From the human T2T-CHM13v2.0 reference genome, Homo sapiens, in NCBI RefSeq assembly GCF_009914755.1, contig NC_060935.1: a DNA stretch of 64,000 bases. The stretch is one strand, 5' to 3'. The translations under genes were made by a program, and so were the position numbers. Position 1 is the first letter of the stretch; every line of letters starts with the position of its first letter. Of the stretch, positions 28,421 through 41,748 are shown piece after piece. Below the pieces are notes generated by a model. It searched no databases and was not told the DNA's origin. It worked only from the letters and a program-made list of their open reading frames with translations.

Positions 28421-29032
28421 GTATGGAAGAGACTCCTCAGATACAGCTTCTCTTCAACTGTAAACCTATGAATTAAAAAAAAGTTATTGGTCCTATCCAC
28501 CCCCGCACATACAACCTACATTGTTATGGCAAGGATACGATGTCACATGAATTGACTAAGTTTACAAGAGAGGAAATTGAAGGCATGTAGCAATCCCATG
28601 GCAGTTGTGAAATCCATCTGCCTATATGTCACCAATTCCCCCAATTCCAGGGGTAGGGAACATTTGATTAGTCTACTTTGGTTCTCTGAAGTTGGCTCCC
28701 TTTTCTTTTTCTCAGTTCTTGACTTTTTTCTTTGAGCTGTCTTTCCTTTTCCATGAGAAATGTCCTCTTTTTGTAGCTTTCTCAGCCTGCTTCTAGGCTC
28801 TGTCCCAACTGGCACAGTTATCCACACTGGCACAACTTCTTTAAAAAGCTTTGTGGACTTTCAAATTATAAACCACTCACTCCACCAGAGAGAAGCCACA
28901 CCCACAAATTTCTTCAAGAAGTCCTCTATGTACTTTGAATGTCAATCAGGGAATGATACCCTTTAGAGTCATATATGTCTTTTGTCTACCTGAGAGCGTC
29001 AGCTAGACACTGGCTTAAATCTTTCTGAAGTA

Positions 29033-29386
29033 CAGGTGGTCGTCCACTTATGATGGTTCAACTTAGAATTCTTTTACTTTAGGATGGTATGAAAGCTATA
29101 TGCATTCAGTAGCAACCATACTTCAAGTACCCATACAACCATTCTATTTTTTACATTCAGTACAGTATTCAGTAAATCATGAAATATTCAGCACTTCATT
29201 ATAAAATAGGCTTTGTGTTAGATTACTTTGTTCAATATAACATAATGCAAGTGTTCTGAGCACATTTAAGCAATGACAGGTTAAGCTATGATGTATGGTA
29301 GGTTACGTGTACTATTCAACTTAATATTTTCAGCTTACGATGGGTTTATCAAGACATAACCCCATTGTAAGTCAGGGAGCATCTGT
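29033..29386. mobile_element. MER47/Tigger5-family relic (opposite orientation to 23105)
   Basis: Ends ttacgatgggtttatcaagacataaccccattgtaagtcagggagcatctg; TA flanks. Confidence 0.7.
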
Positions 29387-30461
29387 AGTAGTAACAAGGT
29401 TGTATTGCATGTGCTTTATTTTATCTTGATCCTCAGACCATAATCTTACAGTTAACACCCTGGATTTTTTTTTTTTTAACTTCAGAACCTTTTGCTGAAG
29501 AAGCTGGTAACGAGAAAGTTTTATTTTGTAACCCTGCAAGTCCCAGGTTGAAAGTATTTTCCTCTAAATTCTGCTTGAAACTGAGCAGTTCCTTGTTTAG
29601 TTCTTCTCTCTTTTAATACCTTTCTACAGGTGTTTTTTGAAAAATTGCTTATCACTTTCAGCATTTTTCCTGGAAACCTTAGCCAGATCTATAACTTCAA
29701 TAGGTACTTTTTCTATCTTCCAAGATACTGTCTCACTTGTTTTGTCAGTAGATTACATGGCTTCTGTCCAGCCTGAAATACCAATTTCCTCAGTGGTTTT
29801 CCAGCCTCCGTTAGTAGTCTCTTTGCTGCTCTTCCACCAAATGTCTATAACCCAGTCCCCAAACTAGTGCTACATGTCTTAAGTTTCTGTCATGGCAATG
29901 CCCTGTTTAAATACCAAATACTATTTCAGTTATCTTTTTCTGCCTAACAAATCACCCCAAAATTTACTACCTTAAAACAAAACTATTCTTTGCTTAAGAT
30001 TCTACTGTCTGAACTGGACTCAGCTGGGCATTTCTTCTGGTCTCACCTGGAGTCATTTATGCAACTGCAGACATGTGGGGACTCCACCAAAGATGGCTTT
30101 ACTCAAATGTCTGGGGCCTCAACTGGGGTGGCTGCATTAGCTCTGGCACAGCTGCAGTTCCCTCTCCAGCAGGGTCCTGGGCCATTTCACATGATGACTG
30201 AGGGCTCCAAGAGGGTGAAAGCAGAAGCATCTGGGCTAGGCCTCTTAGAGCCTGTGCATAAAACTGAAACAGCACTACTTCATCCATGCTGCCTTTCAAA
30301 GCAAGTCCCGGGGCCTGCTCAAAATTACAGGCAGGGAAAATATCCTCTACCTGATGGTAGTGACAAAGAATATGTGTCCCATCGTTAATTCACCAGTTGC
30401 CTTCACAGTTGCAACAATGAGACTGTTAGCTTTTAAACAGAAATGATAAAAACTAGAAGCC

Positions 30462-30770
<309 letters not shown>

Positions 30771-31561
30771 AAAAACTAGAAGCCATTGTAACAACATGTT
30801 TAAAGTGCTAGAATAAGAAAACTGCAGGCTTAGAATTCTAAACCAGCCAAAATGTTCTTAAAAGATTAAGGCAAAACAAATATGTGTTCAAACAAACAAA
30901 AACAGAGACAATTTGGCACCAGTAGGCCTGCACTGAAAAAGTAAAGGAAGTTTATCAGGAAAATAATCCAAGATAGAAATATGGACTTGGAAGAAAGAAT
31001 GAAGAACACTGGGAAACATATGTAAATGAATAGTAACTGTACAAAATAATAATGGTACACCCTGAGGAGTTTCAATTTTATGTACTGTATATCTAAAATT
31101 CATGGTAGCAATAACTTAAATGATGAGAGGGAAGCAAATAGAGTTTAAAAGTCCTAAGGCTTAATTGGTATCAGCCAAGTAGTAAAAGTAATAATTTGCA
31201 TTGGCCTTAATAAGTAAAAAAGCATGTTTTAAACTCTAGGCTAACAACTAAAAATTATTTTTAAATGTAACTTAATAGAAGGAAAATGGAATCATGTAGA
31301 ACATTTGATTAATCCAAAGGAAGTCAAGGGAAGATAAAGGTACATAAAAGTAGAGCACAAATAGTACAATGGCGAATATAGACCCAAGCACATCAGTAGT
31401 TACATGGAGGAAGACTGTGTAACTTAAGAATTAAATGTAGGCTAGATTAAAAAAAAAAAAAAAAACGGCTATATAACTATACCCTTGTCAGAAAAAGTAA
31501 ACTTTATAATAAGAAGCATTACTGGAGTTAAAGTGGAATATTTTATAACACTAAAGGGATC

Positions 31562-32039
31562 TGTGGCAGGCTGAATAGTGCCGCCCTACAAAGATATCCA
31601 CGTTCTAATCCCTGGAACCTGTGAAAACTATATACATACACAGTATGGAAAGAAGAGGACTTTGCAGATAAAATTGAGGATCTGGAGATGGAGCGATTAT
31701 CCTGGATTATCCAGTTGGGTCCTAAAGCCAATCACATGTATTCTTATAAAGAAGGAGACAGAGACTTAATCCTGAAGAGTAGAAGGCTGTGTGACAATAG
31801 AGGCAGAGTTATGCAGCCACAAGCCAAGGAATGCCAGCAGCCACGAGAAACCAGAAGAGGGAAGTAACAGATTCTCTAGATCCTCTGAAGGGAGCACAGC
31901 CCTGCTGACACATTGACTTTGACCCAGTGATATTGATTTTGGACCTCCTGCCTTAAGAGCTGTGAAGGAATAGATTTTTATTGTTTTAAACCACCAAGTA
32001 TGTGTTAATTTGTCACAGTAGCTATAGGAAAGTAATATA
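31562..32039 (+). mobile_element. MLT1 (MLT1D-like) solo LTR
   Basis: tgtggcaggctgaata...aaagatatccacgttctaatccctggaacctgtga...attatcctggattatcc...ataggaaagtaata. Confidence 0.75.
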
Positions 32040-32254
32040 GATTTAATTCACAAGGTAGGTATGTTCTGTAAACTGTATGCACCAAAGAACATAATCTAAA
32101 ATATATAAGGTAAACATTGACATAACTGGCAGAAGAAATAGACATATTCCCAATCAAAGTAGATTTGAATAAAATTATAATAACTGATAGCAGTTATTAT
32201 TGTAGCAGACCAAAAACACCACAATTACAAACTGAACCTAGCTGCCATATGTAA

Positions 32255-32605
<351 letters not shown>

Positions 32606-32762
32606 CAAAATTCATTCTTTTACATGCACAAGGAAGGAACATTTATCATATGTGAACACTTAACATATGACTGAGCCATAAAAAAGGCCTTAACAAATTT
32701 CCAAAGATTTAAATTTCTTAGCATGGAAATGGATATTGACCAATACAGATTAAGCCAGAAAT

Positions 32763-32835
32763 CATACAAAATAAAAATAGCTTACAAAATAAAAATAGCA
32801 TACAAAATAAAAATATCATACAAAAATAAATAGCT
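32763..32835. repeat. 18-nt minisatellite, about 4 copies
   Basis: Units tacaaaataaaaatagc(t/a) start at 32765, 32783, 32801 and 32819. Confidence 0.85.
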
Positions 32836-33354
32836 TTCATATATACAATTTAAAAAAACAGAAGTTGTAAGAGAATTTTAAAAGAAAATACCTTAGGCAA
32901 TTTTTTTTTTAATCTCCAAAATTTAAAACTCTTCTGAAAAATACAAAACTAGGCTTGAACAAATGGAAAGACTTAACCATGTTCTTGCATGTGAAGTCTC
33001 AGCATCATATAATATCAGTTCTCTTAAGTTAGTTTGTCATTTTAATGCAATAACAATAAAAATGCCATGTTATTTTCTGGTGCCAGGCAAGCTATTAATA
33101 ATTGTTTAAGTTTATCTCAAAGAAGAAACAATCAAGAATAATTAGAGAAACTGAAAAAAAGAACAGTGGGAGAAGAGGAGGATTTAACCTAGAAGACATT
33201 AAACATACATGAAGCCTTTAATTAATGTAGTTTGATATTGCTGCATGAATGCACAAACCAATGGGAAAGAATAAAAGACTAATTGCATATGGCAATTTCG
33301 AATACTGTAAAGGCAGCATCTCATCAGTGAAAGGAAATGTATGTTTTAATGCTA

Positions 33355-33724
<370 letters not shown>

Positions 33725-34502
33725 TTAAGTGGATCAGAGATTAAAATAAATGTAACAAAATGACTTCATACAAGTACAAATAAAATGCATGGGAATTTCC
33801 CTGTAACTTGGATGTAGGGAAAATTTCCTAATAGACTCAAAATTCATACACACTAAGGAAAAAGATGAATAACTAACTTTTTTTTAAAAAACTTGCATTT
33901 CAAACAGGCGCAATGAACAAAATGAAAAGCTGGGAACAGTATTTTCAAATTATATTACAGATAAAGGGATTTTAAACCTAATTTCTAAGGAGCTTTTACA
34001 GGGAAGGAAGAAGGTCAACAATCTTAGAAAAATGGACTAGATGCAGCAGAAAAGAAAATGAAAGCAGAAAATTATGGAAAATTGTCAAACGGAATTATAA
34101 AGAGGAAAAAAATGGAAATGCAAGCTTTTTTTTTTAAAGAGAGAATGATCTGCTACAATACAGGAGGCTGATCTGGGCAGAGAAACCAACAGCCTTTAAA
34201 AGTCATGCAGGGCTAGAGAAATAAGATTGGATACTAGAAAGGCTAAGGTCCTGCTGAGAAGGGAAGGACAGAGATGTGAGCCTAGTACCCTTCACAATAC
34301 ATTGGCAAATTCTGAAGCTACAAAGCACAAGAGACCAGAAAGCCAAGTAGAAAGCTATGAAAAACCATTTTTAGGAAGCTAGTATTAGAGTTCAAGACCC
34401 AGCAGTGAGGACAAGAGGCTTTTGGTGACTGTCTGGGGATTTCATTTGGAAAGTCTGGAGATTGGTGCCTTTTAAGAAGGGACAAAACTAAGGGTAAGTG
34501 AA

Positions 34503-34554
34503 CTTTGGTTCTAGGAATGGCAAGACCAGCAAGAAGATCACCATTGCCAACTGT
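34503..34554 (+). pseudogene. Isolated ~52-nt PPIA CDS fragment ([17 protein letters not shown])
   Basis: ctttggttctaggaatggcaagaccagcaagaagatcaccattgccaactgt aligns to 36206-36253 of the retrocopy. Confidence 0.85.
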
Positions 34555-35004
34555 AGCCTTTACACAATGTCATAGCAGCCCAAATTCAGTCAGCTATTGA
34601 ATTAAGTTTATTGTCTACTTGCCAAGCTAAAGAATGTATGAATGCTGTCTTTAGAAGATAACATCATATGGAGGTTCTACAACTTCTTAGACACAATGTC
34701 AAGCTTTTAGTAAAATTATACTAGACATTCAAGAGATGGGATTGAAAACCAAGAGAAAGGGCAGACAATAGAAATATACTCACAGATGATTCAGGCAGTG
34801 GAGTTAAGACCAGGACTTGAAATAACAATGATAATTGTTCAAGAAAATAGAAGACAGGGAGAAAATAAATAAAAGGGAAATTTCCCCCCAGATAATTGGA
34901 ACTTGTGGGGGATAAAAAGAATCAAATGGATATTCTAGAGCTGAGAATTGCAATAACTGAAATTAAGAACTCAATTGATGGGTATAAAATCAAATTAGAC
35001 AATG

Positions 35005-37062
35005 GCGAGCCCAAAAATAAACCCTCATGTATATAATCAAATAATTTTCCACACGGGTACCAAGACCATTCAATGGGGAAAAGATGGTCTCTTCAAAAAG
35101 TGGTGTTAGGGAAACTGTATATTCATATGCAAAAGAATGAAGTTGGACCCTTACCTTATATCATAGGCAAAAGTTAACTCAAAATGGTCCAAAGACCTAA
35201 GTGTAAGACCTAAAACTGTACAACTCTTGGAAGAAAACAGAGGAAAAAAGCATTAAGACAATATATGTATTTCTTGGATATGACACCAAAAGCACAGGCA
35301 ACAAATGTAAAAATAGACAAAGTGGACTATATTAAAGTTTAAAACTTCTGGGCATCAGAGGACACAATTAACAGAGTGAAAAGACAGCCTACAGACTAGG
35401 AGAAAATATTTGCAAGTCATACATCTAATAAAGGGTTAATATTTCCAAATTATATAAACAACTTGTACAAATTAAAAACAAAATAACCCAATTAAAAAAT
35501 ATACAAAGGACTTGAATGGTCATTTCTCCAAAGATGATATGCAAACAGCCAACAAGCATATGCAAATATGCTCAATACCACAAATCATCAGGAAAATGCA
35601 AATCAAACCACAACGAGATATCATGTCACACCAATTAGGATGGCCACTATTAAAAACATAAAATTAATAAGCATTGGCAAGGATGTAGAAATTAGAACAC
35701 CTGTGCACTGTTGGTGGGAATATAAAATGATGCAGCTGGCTTTGCAGACACTGCTGTCCCCCAACACCCCCTGTCACTAGGCCATGGTCATCCCGACTGT
35801 GCCCTTCAACATCACCATCAACAGCAAGCCCTTAGGACACATCTCCTTTCAGCTATTTGCAGACAAATTTCCAAAGACAGGAGAAAACTTTCACACTCTG
35901 AACAATAAAGACAAAGGATTTGGTTCCTGCTTTCACAGAATTATTCCGGAGTTTATATGCCAGGGTGATGACTTCACACCCCATAATGGCATTGGTGGCA
36001 AGTCCATCTACGGGGATAAATTTGATGATAAGAACTTTATTGTGAAGCATACAGGTCTTGGCATCTTGTCCATGGCAAATGCTGCACCCAAAACAAATGA
36101 GTCCCAGTTTTTCATCTGCACTGCCATGGCCAAATGGTGGGATGGCAAGCATGTGATCTTTGGCAGGGTGAAAGAGGGCATGAATATTGTGGAAGCCATG
36201 GAATGCTTTGGGTCCAGGAATGGCAAGACAAGCAAGATCGCCATTGCCAACTGCAGACAACTCTGATAAATTTGACTTGTGTTTTATCTTAACCACCAGA
36301 CCTTTCCTTTTGTAGCTCAGGAGAGCACCGTTCCACCCCATTCGCTCACAATATCCTATAATATTTGTGCTCTCACTGCAGTTCTTTGAGTTCTATATTT
36401 TCATTATGTCCCTCCACGTATAGCTGGATTGCAGAGTTAAGTTTATGATTATGAAATAAAAACTAACAAAAAAAAATGATGCAGCCACTATGGAAAACAG
36501 TATCACAGTTTCTCAAATAATTAAACATTGAATTACTATATGATTCAGCAGTTCCACTCCTGGATATATATCCAAAAGAATTGAAAGCAGAATTCCAAAG
36601 AAATATTTGCACATCCATGTTCATAGCTATACCATTCACAGTAGCCAAGAGGTGGAAGCCATCTGTGTGCCCATCCACAGATGAATGGATAAACAAAATA
36701 TGGGATATACACACTATGAATACAGCCTTAAAAAGGAAGGAAATTCCAACACATGCTACAACATGGAGGAATCTTGAGGAATTAACGGTAAGTGAAATAA
36801 GCCAGTCACAAAAAGGCCAATACTGAATGATTCCACTTATGTGAGGTATCTAGAGTAGTCATATTCATAGAGACAGAAAATAGAATGATTGTTGCCAGCA
36901 ACTGGGAGGAAGGGGGTGTGAAAAGTTGTTTAATGGATATTGAGTTTGTTTTCCCAGACGAAGAAGTTCTGAAGGTTGGTTACATGATGTGAATATACTA
37001 AACACTACTGAACTGTGTACTTAGAATGGTTAAGATAAATTTTATGCGTTTTCACTACAATA
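35005..37062 (+). mobile_element. L1M (L1MB-like) 3' end hosting the PPIA retrocopy
   Basis: L1 ORF2 C-terminal peptides in ORFs 35568 and 36581 ([34 protein letters not shown]); L1 3' UTR. Confidence 0.85.
35737..36472 (+). pseudogene. Processed PPIA (cyclophilin A) retrocopy with open 160-codon ORF (35784-36266)
   Basis: Intronless CypA-like ORF (FHRIIP, CQG, LSMANA, SQFFIC, DGKHV), partial 5' UTR, 3' UTR, AATAAA at 36455-36460 and A tail. 13-nt TSD aaaatgatgcagc at 35724-35736 and 36473-36485, inside an L1. Confidence 0.95.
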
Positions 37063-38045
37063 ACAAGTAGAACAGTAGAACAGATGATTAGTCACAGCAG
37101 AAAAGATGAAAGATAGGTCAAAACAGGTTATTAGAAAATATCCAAACTGAAGATGAAGAAGAAAATCATTTTTAGTAGAAAATATCCAAACTGATATATA
37201 AAGACATAAAGGAATTTGTGGAGGCAGAGGGGAGATAAGGCAATAAAGGACATGTGGGACACATCCAAAAAAAAAAAAAAATCCAACATACAGAATCCCA
37301 GGAGAAGAGGAGAGAGAACAAGGCAGGAGCAAGGTTTGAAGAGGTAATGGCTCAGAATTTATTTCCTAAGAATTATGAAAGACATTATTTCACAGACTCA
37401 AAGTGTGTGATCCACAGATTTAAATACAAAGAAGCCTTACTAGAATATCATAGCAAATTGCCAAAAACAAAAGACAGAGAATAGAATCTTAAAAGATAGA
37501 GAAAAGAACTCACTTTCAAATGTCCAAGACTGACAGCTGACTTCTCAGCAGGAGCAATGGAACCAGAAGACAACAAAGTGACATTTCAATTGCTGGAAGA
37601 AAACAGCACCAACCTAGACCTCTGTACCCTGCAAATATCCTTTAAAAATGAAGCAAATAAAGTAATCATTATGTATGTTATTGGCAAAATGATAGACCAA
37701 TAGAACAGTGGAACAAAAGAGAGAGGCCAAGAATAAACCTTTACATAGATGGTCAAATGATTTTCTCAAAGGGCACGACAGCATTTGAATGAAGTAAAAT
37801 CTCTGTAATAAGTATGTCTGGAATGCATGGATATGCATATAGAAGAAAAAACCCATACCTCACATCATCCAGAAAAATCAACTTGAGATAAATTATAGAC
37901 ATAAAAGTAAAGCTAAAGCAATAAAGCTACCAGAGCAAAACATAAGATGTTCTCTTTAAGTTCTTGGTGTAGGCAGAGACTTCTTAGAAAACATGAACTA
38001 TACAAGAAAAAAAAATTGGTAAGTTGGACTTCATTAAAATTTCTC

Positions 38046-38300
38046 AGCTGGGCATGGTGGCTGACACCTCCAATCCCATCACCTTGGGAGGCCAAAACAG
38101 AAGGATTACTTGAAGCCAGGAGTTCAAGACCAACCAGGGCAACATAGCAAGACCCCATCTCTACAAAAAATTTAAAAATCAGCCAGCAACGCCTGTAGTC
38201 CTAGCTACACAGGAGGCTGAGTTGGGAGGATTGCTTGAGCCCAGGACTTTGAGGATGTAATGAGCTATGATTGTGCCACTGCACTCCAGCTTAAAAAAAA
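38046..38300 (+). mobile_element. Alu (AluJ-like, internally deleted)
   Basis: Degenerate dimer. Confidence 0.85.
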
Positions 38301-40074
38301 ATAAAATGTATCTTCAACAGACACTTAAGAAAATAGACACAGACTTAAAGAAAATATTCACAATACGTATATATGATGGACTTGAGTTCAAAATATATAA
38401 AGAACTACAATTTAGTAATTTTTAAAAAGACAACGCAATTTTTTAAAGGTGAGTTTTGTGAATAGACGTTTCACAAAACACAATATATGTGTAGTAATTA
38501 CATTTTAAAAGTACCCAGTGTATTAGTCATCTAGAAATGAAAAACAAAACCCCAGTGAAATACCAGTTCATACCCTGTAGAAGGGCTAGACAGTGAAAAA
38601 GACTGATAATGACAAATGTTGGAGAGGATGTGGAGCAACTGGAACCCTCATATGTTGCTAGTGGGAGTAGAAAATAATATGATTATTTTGGAAAACAGTT
38701 TGTCAGTTTATTAAAGAGTTACATATATATACATGACCCAGTAATTTTGCTGCTAGAAATGTATCAAAGAGACATGAAAACATATGACCACAAAATACTT
38801 GGAAAAAAAATATTTACAGCAGCTTTATTCATAATAGCCAATAAAACTGGTAACAGTGAGGTGCCCATCAATAGAAGAATAGGTAAACAGTGGTCTATTG
38901 AGATGGTGGATACTGTTCAGCAAAAAAGAACCAACATCCACAACATTGACGAATCTCAATATTATTCTCACAAAAGAAGTTGGTAACAAAAAAATGCATA
39001 GTTAAGATTCTAACTATATGAAATTCCAGAATAGGGGGAAATAACATATAGGGATAGAAATCAGATCAGTGATTACTTCGTGGGGGAAGGTATTGACTGG
39101 AATACCGCATGAAAGAACTTTCTGGAGTGTTGGATATTTCTGTGTCTTTGTTACTTAATTGTCGAAAGTGAATGTTACACTTAGGATCTGAGCATTTGTT
39201 TATGTAAGTTATACCTCACTTTTTAAAAATGAAAGTTAAATAAAGATTTTAGACCACTAAAAGCTGGAAGATGCTTTTACCAACAGATTGTACTAAAAAA
39301 TCAGTAAAGGATTTTTTCAGGCAGAAGGAAAACTATCCCACATGGAGGCTCAGAAATATAGGAAAGAACAAAAAGCCACAGAAAGGGTAAATGTTCGAGG
39401 AGACAGAGAAATGAGGATGGCTTTACAAAATATGGACGGTAACATCTTCCAAAGTAAAAATGTATGACAACAATAATAAAACAATAAAAGGCAGATGGGA
39501 ACTGAAATAAAAATGAAATATCATTGATAATAAAACAATAAAAGGCAGAAGGGAACTGTACTGACCACGTTAGATAGTCCTAGGACCAGTTAGACATTTC
39601 ACATTCATGCCGCTGCAGCAGCATCAGAGGTATACCTCCAGAGTGAGCCCTCACATAGTTCGCACCTTAGTCCAGGGGCCATTCTCTGCCCACCCGCATT
39701 TTCTGCCAAGTGTCAGTTCAGATAGAAGGGAACAAATCAATTTATTAATTGTGGGAACTACCCTAGTTTAGATACCCTAAGTTCCAATAAAGAATCAATA
39801 TCTTTTGTAATAGCCTCATGAGCATAGAGTCCTGGAGAGGGACATGGCTTGGCTATAAGAACCGTGACACTCAGAAGCTCAAAGCTGTGGCTTTTCATCA
39901 GGTATTTGTAGTTTATTTACAATCATCTCAGTCCAGATAGGTTTACCAACCAGTGTTATTTTTTACCATATGTTACCTGTAACAGATATTAGATATTTAG
40001 GGAAATAAAGCTAGAAGTTTCATCCAACATTGTTTTCCATTTTAGGCTCACGGACGGACTTCCACGACCTTGAG

Positions 40075-40260
40075 TTAAAACTTTAGGGTAGATAGGAATT
40101 ACCTGGAGGCCTTGTTAAAACACAAATTGTTGGTGCCCTATGACTTACTTCCTAGCTCAGTAGCTTTAGGGTGAGGCTTGAGAATTTACATATCTAATAA
40201 GTTCCCAGGTGATACTGGGTGATACTGCTGACCTGAGGACCCCACGTTAAAACCAATGCC
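40075..40260. mobile_element. MER5A
   Basis: gaattacctggaggccttgttaaaacaca...gagaatttacatatctaataagttcccaggtgat. Confidence 0.75.
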
Positions 40261-41467
40261 TTATTCAATGGCAGTGATAACAAAGTAAAAGTGCCCCTTT
40301 CCTGTTTACTAAAGGGTCCCCATGTTCTTTTAGCTTCAGCCTTTAAAATACTAGTCATTATTTATTATTTCTTCAAAAGCCCATCTCTAATTGTCTCCTT
40401 AGGGAGTTTTTGAGTTCACATTGACATTAATTGTCACTAACTGTCAGCAGTTGGCATTAACCAGACTCTATTTTAGGATTAAATCCACCTGATCCACCTG
40501 CACTATCAGAACATTCAGGACGCGACTCAGGCTGCAGCTCAGAGGGCTCCACCGGTGGCCCTAGACTTGCATCAAGCTGCTGCCATTGCCACTGCACCAG
40601 CTTGTATGCCAGGTTACCACATAGTCCTATGTAACCATGTGGGCTGCTGTAGAGTAATTCCCCTACTTTTGTCCCCCACTTCCTCAGGTAGAGGCTCGTA
40701 GACATTACATTGGATGAGCAGGCAGCTCAGCTTGGTCAGAGCCAGCCGTCTGCTCCACCCACTTTGTCCTATCACAGACCCAGTCGCAGACATAAATTCT
40801 CAAGCTCATGTGCTTGTCTCCTTCCCACCCCCAGCCCGTCATCAATGCCTAGTTTGGCCTAATGCATCAGCTGCACCAAGGCAAAATCATTTTTGCCAAC
40901 CAGCCCAGCTGCAGTTTGGTTTCTGGTCAAGTCCAATTTATGGACAGCGGAGAGGAGTGGACAGCTTCTCTCAGCATAAGTTTGTCTCCAGCTTTCATCC
41001 CTTCCCACGGGGGAAGATTTCGAAGCCAAAAGGTTAACATGAGATCAACTTCCCATGAGTATTCACGGATAAAGTGCTAGGTTTTAGCATTATCAAGAAA
41101 GTAATGAAATTAAAGTAATAATATGTATTTTCAGTGTGTAATAGGTTGAAGATGCAAGTTGCAATCTCTAGGCTAACCACTTAAGAGCAAAACATGTATA
41201 ATTAAAGGAAAAGGAGTAATAAACATTTGATCAATTTTTAAAAAGAGACAAAGGAGGACAAAAGGAATGTGTGAAATGGAAGGCAAATAGTAAAATGACA
41301 GATAAACCTAATATATCAGTAAGCAGAATAAATATAAAAGGACTAAGTACTTCAGGTACTGGAGTACTGACATTATCAACTGGGTTTTCAAATATGAACC
41401 AAATTGTGTGCTTTTAAATATAAAATATACAACAGTTAAAATTAAACAAATTTTAAAAAGATATATC

Positions 41468-41748
41468 AGCCAGGCACAGTGGATCATGCCTGTAATCCCA
41501 GCATTTTGGGAGGCTAAGACAGGAGGATTGCTTGAGACCAGGAGTTTGAGAATAGCCTGAACAACAGAGACCATCTCTACTAAAAAAAGCAAACAAACCA
41601 ACCTAGCCAAGCATAGTAGCATACCTACTCTGGAGGCTGAGGCAGGAGAATCCTGAGCCTAGGAGTTTGAGGCTGCAGTGAGCTATGATTGTACCATTTC
41701 CCTCCAGCCTGGGTGACAAAGTGAGACCCTGTTTCAGAAAAGAAAAAA
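41468..41748 (+). mobile_element. Alu (AluJ-like)
   Basis: Dimer; TSD aaaaagatatatca. Confidence 0.9.

Larger units (their letters stand above)
27402..30400 (-). mobile_element. MLT1-type MaLR provirus (LTR ~27402-27920, internal region, LTR ~29925-30400)
   Basis: Two similar LTR-like blocks (tcagtta.ct...aacaaa...gattct.ctgtctg..ctgg.ctcagc.gggca.ttcttctg) flank an internal region; L1 ORF1 sequence resumes on both sides. Confidence 0.65.

Noticed and set aside
32763-32835. Regularly spaced repeats resembling a CRISPR array
   Set aside because: Head-to-tail units without spacers in human DNA; an ordinary minisatellite.
35568-35780. L1-derived ORF in frame with the PPIA ORF, suggesting an L1-CypA fusion protein
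   Set aside because: TAG at 35778-35780 separates them, and the upstream peptide is frameshifted L1 ORF2 debris.
35853-36341. 162-aa minus-strand ORF
   Set aside because: Antisense shadow of the PPIA retrocopy with no recognisable protein features.
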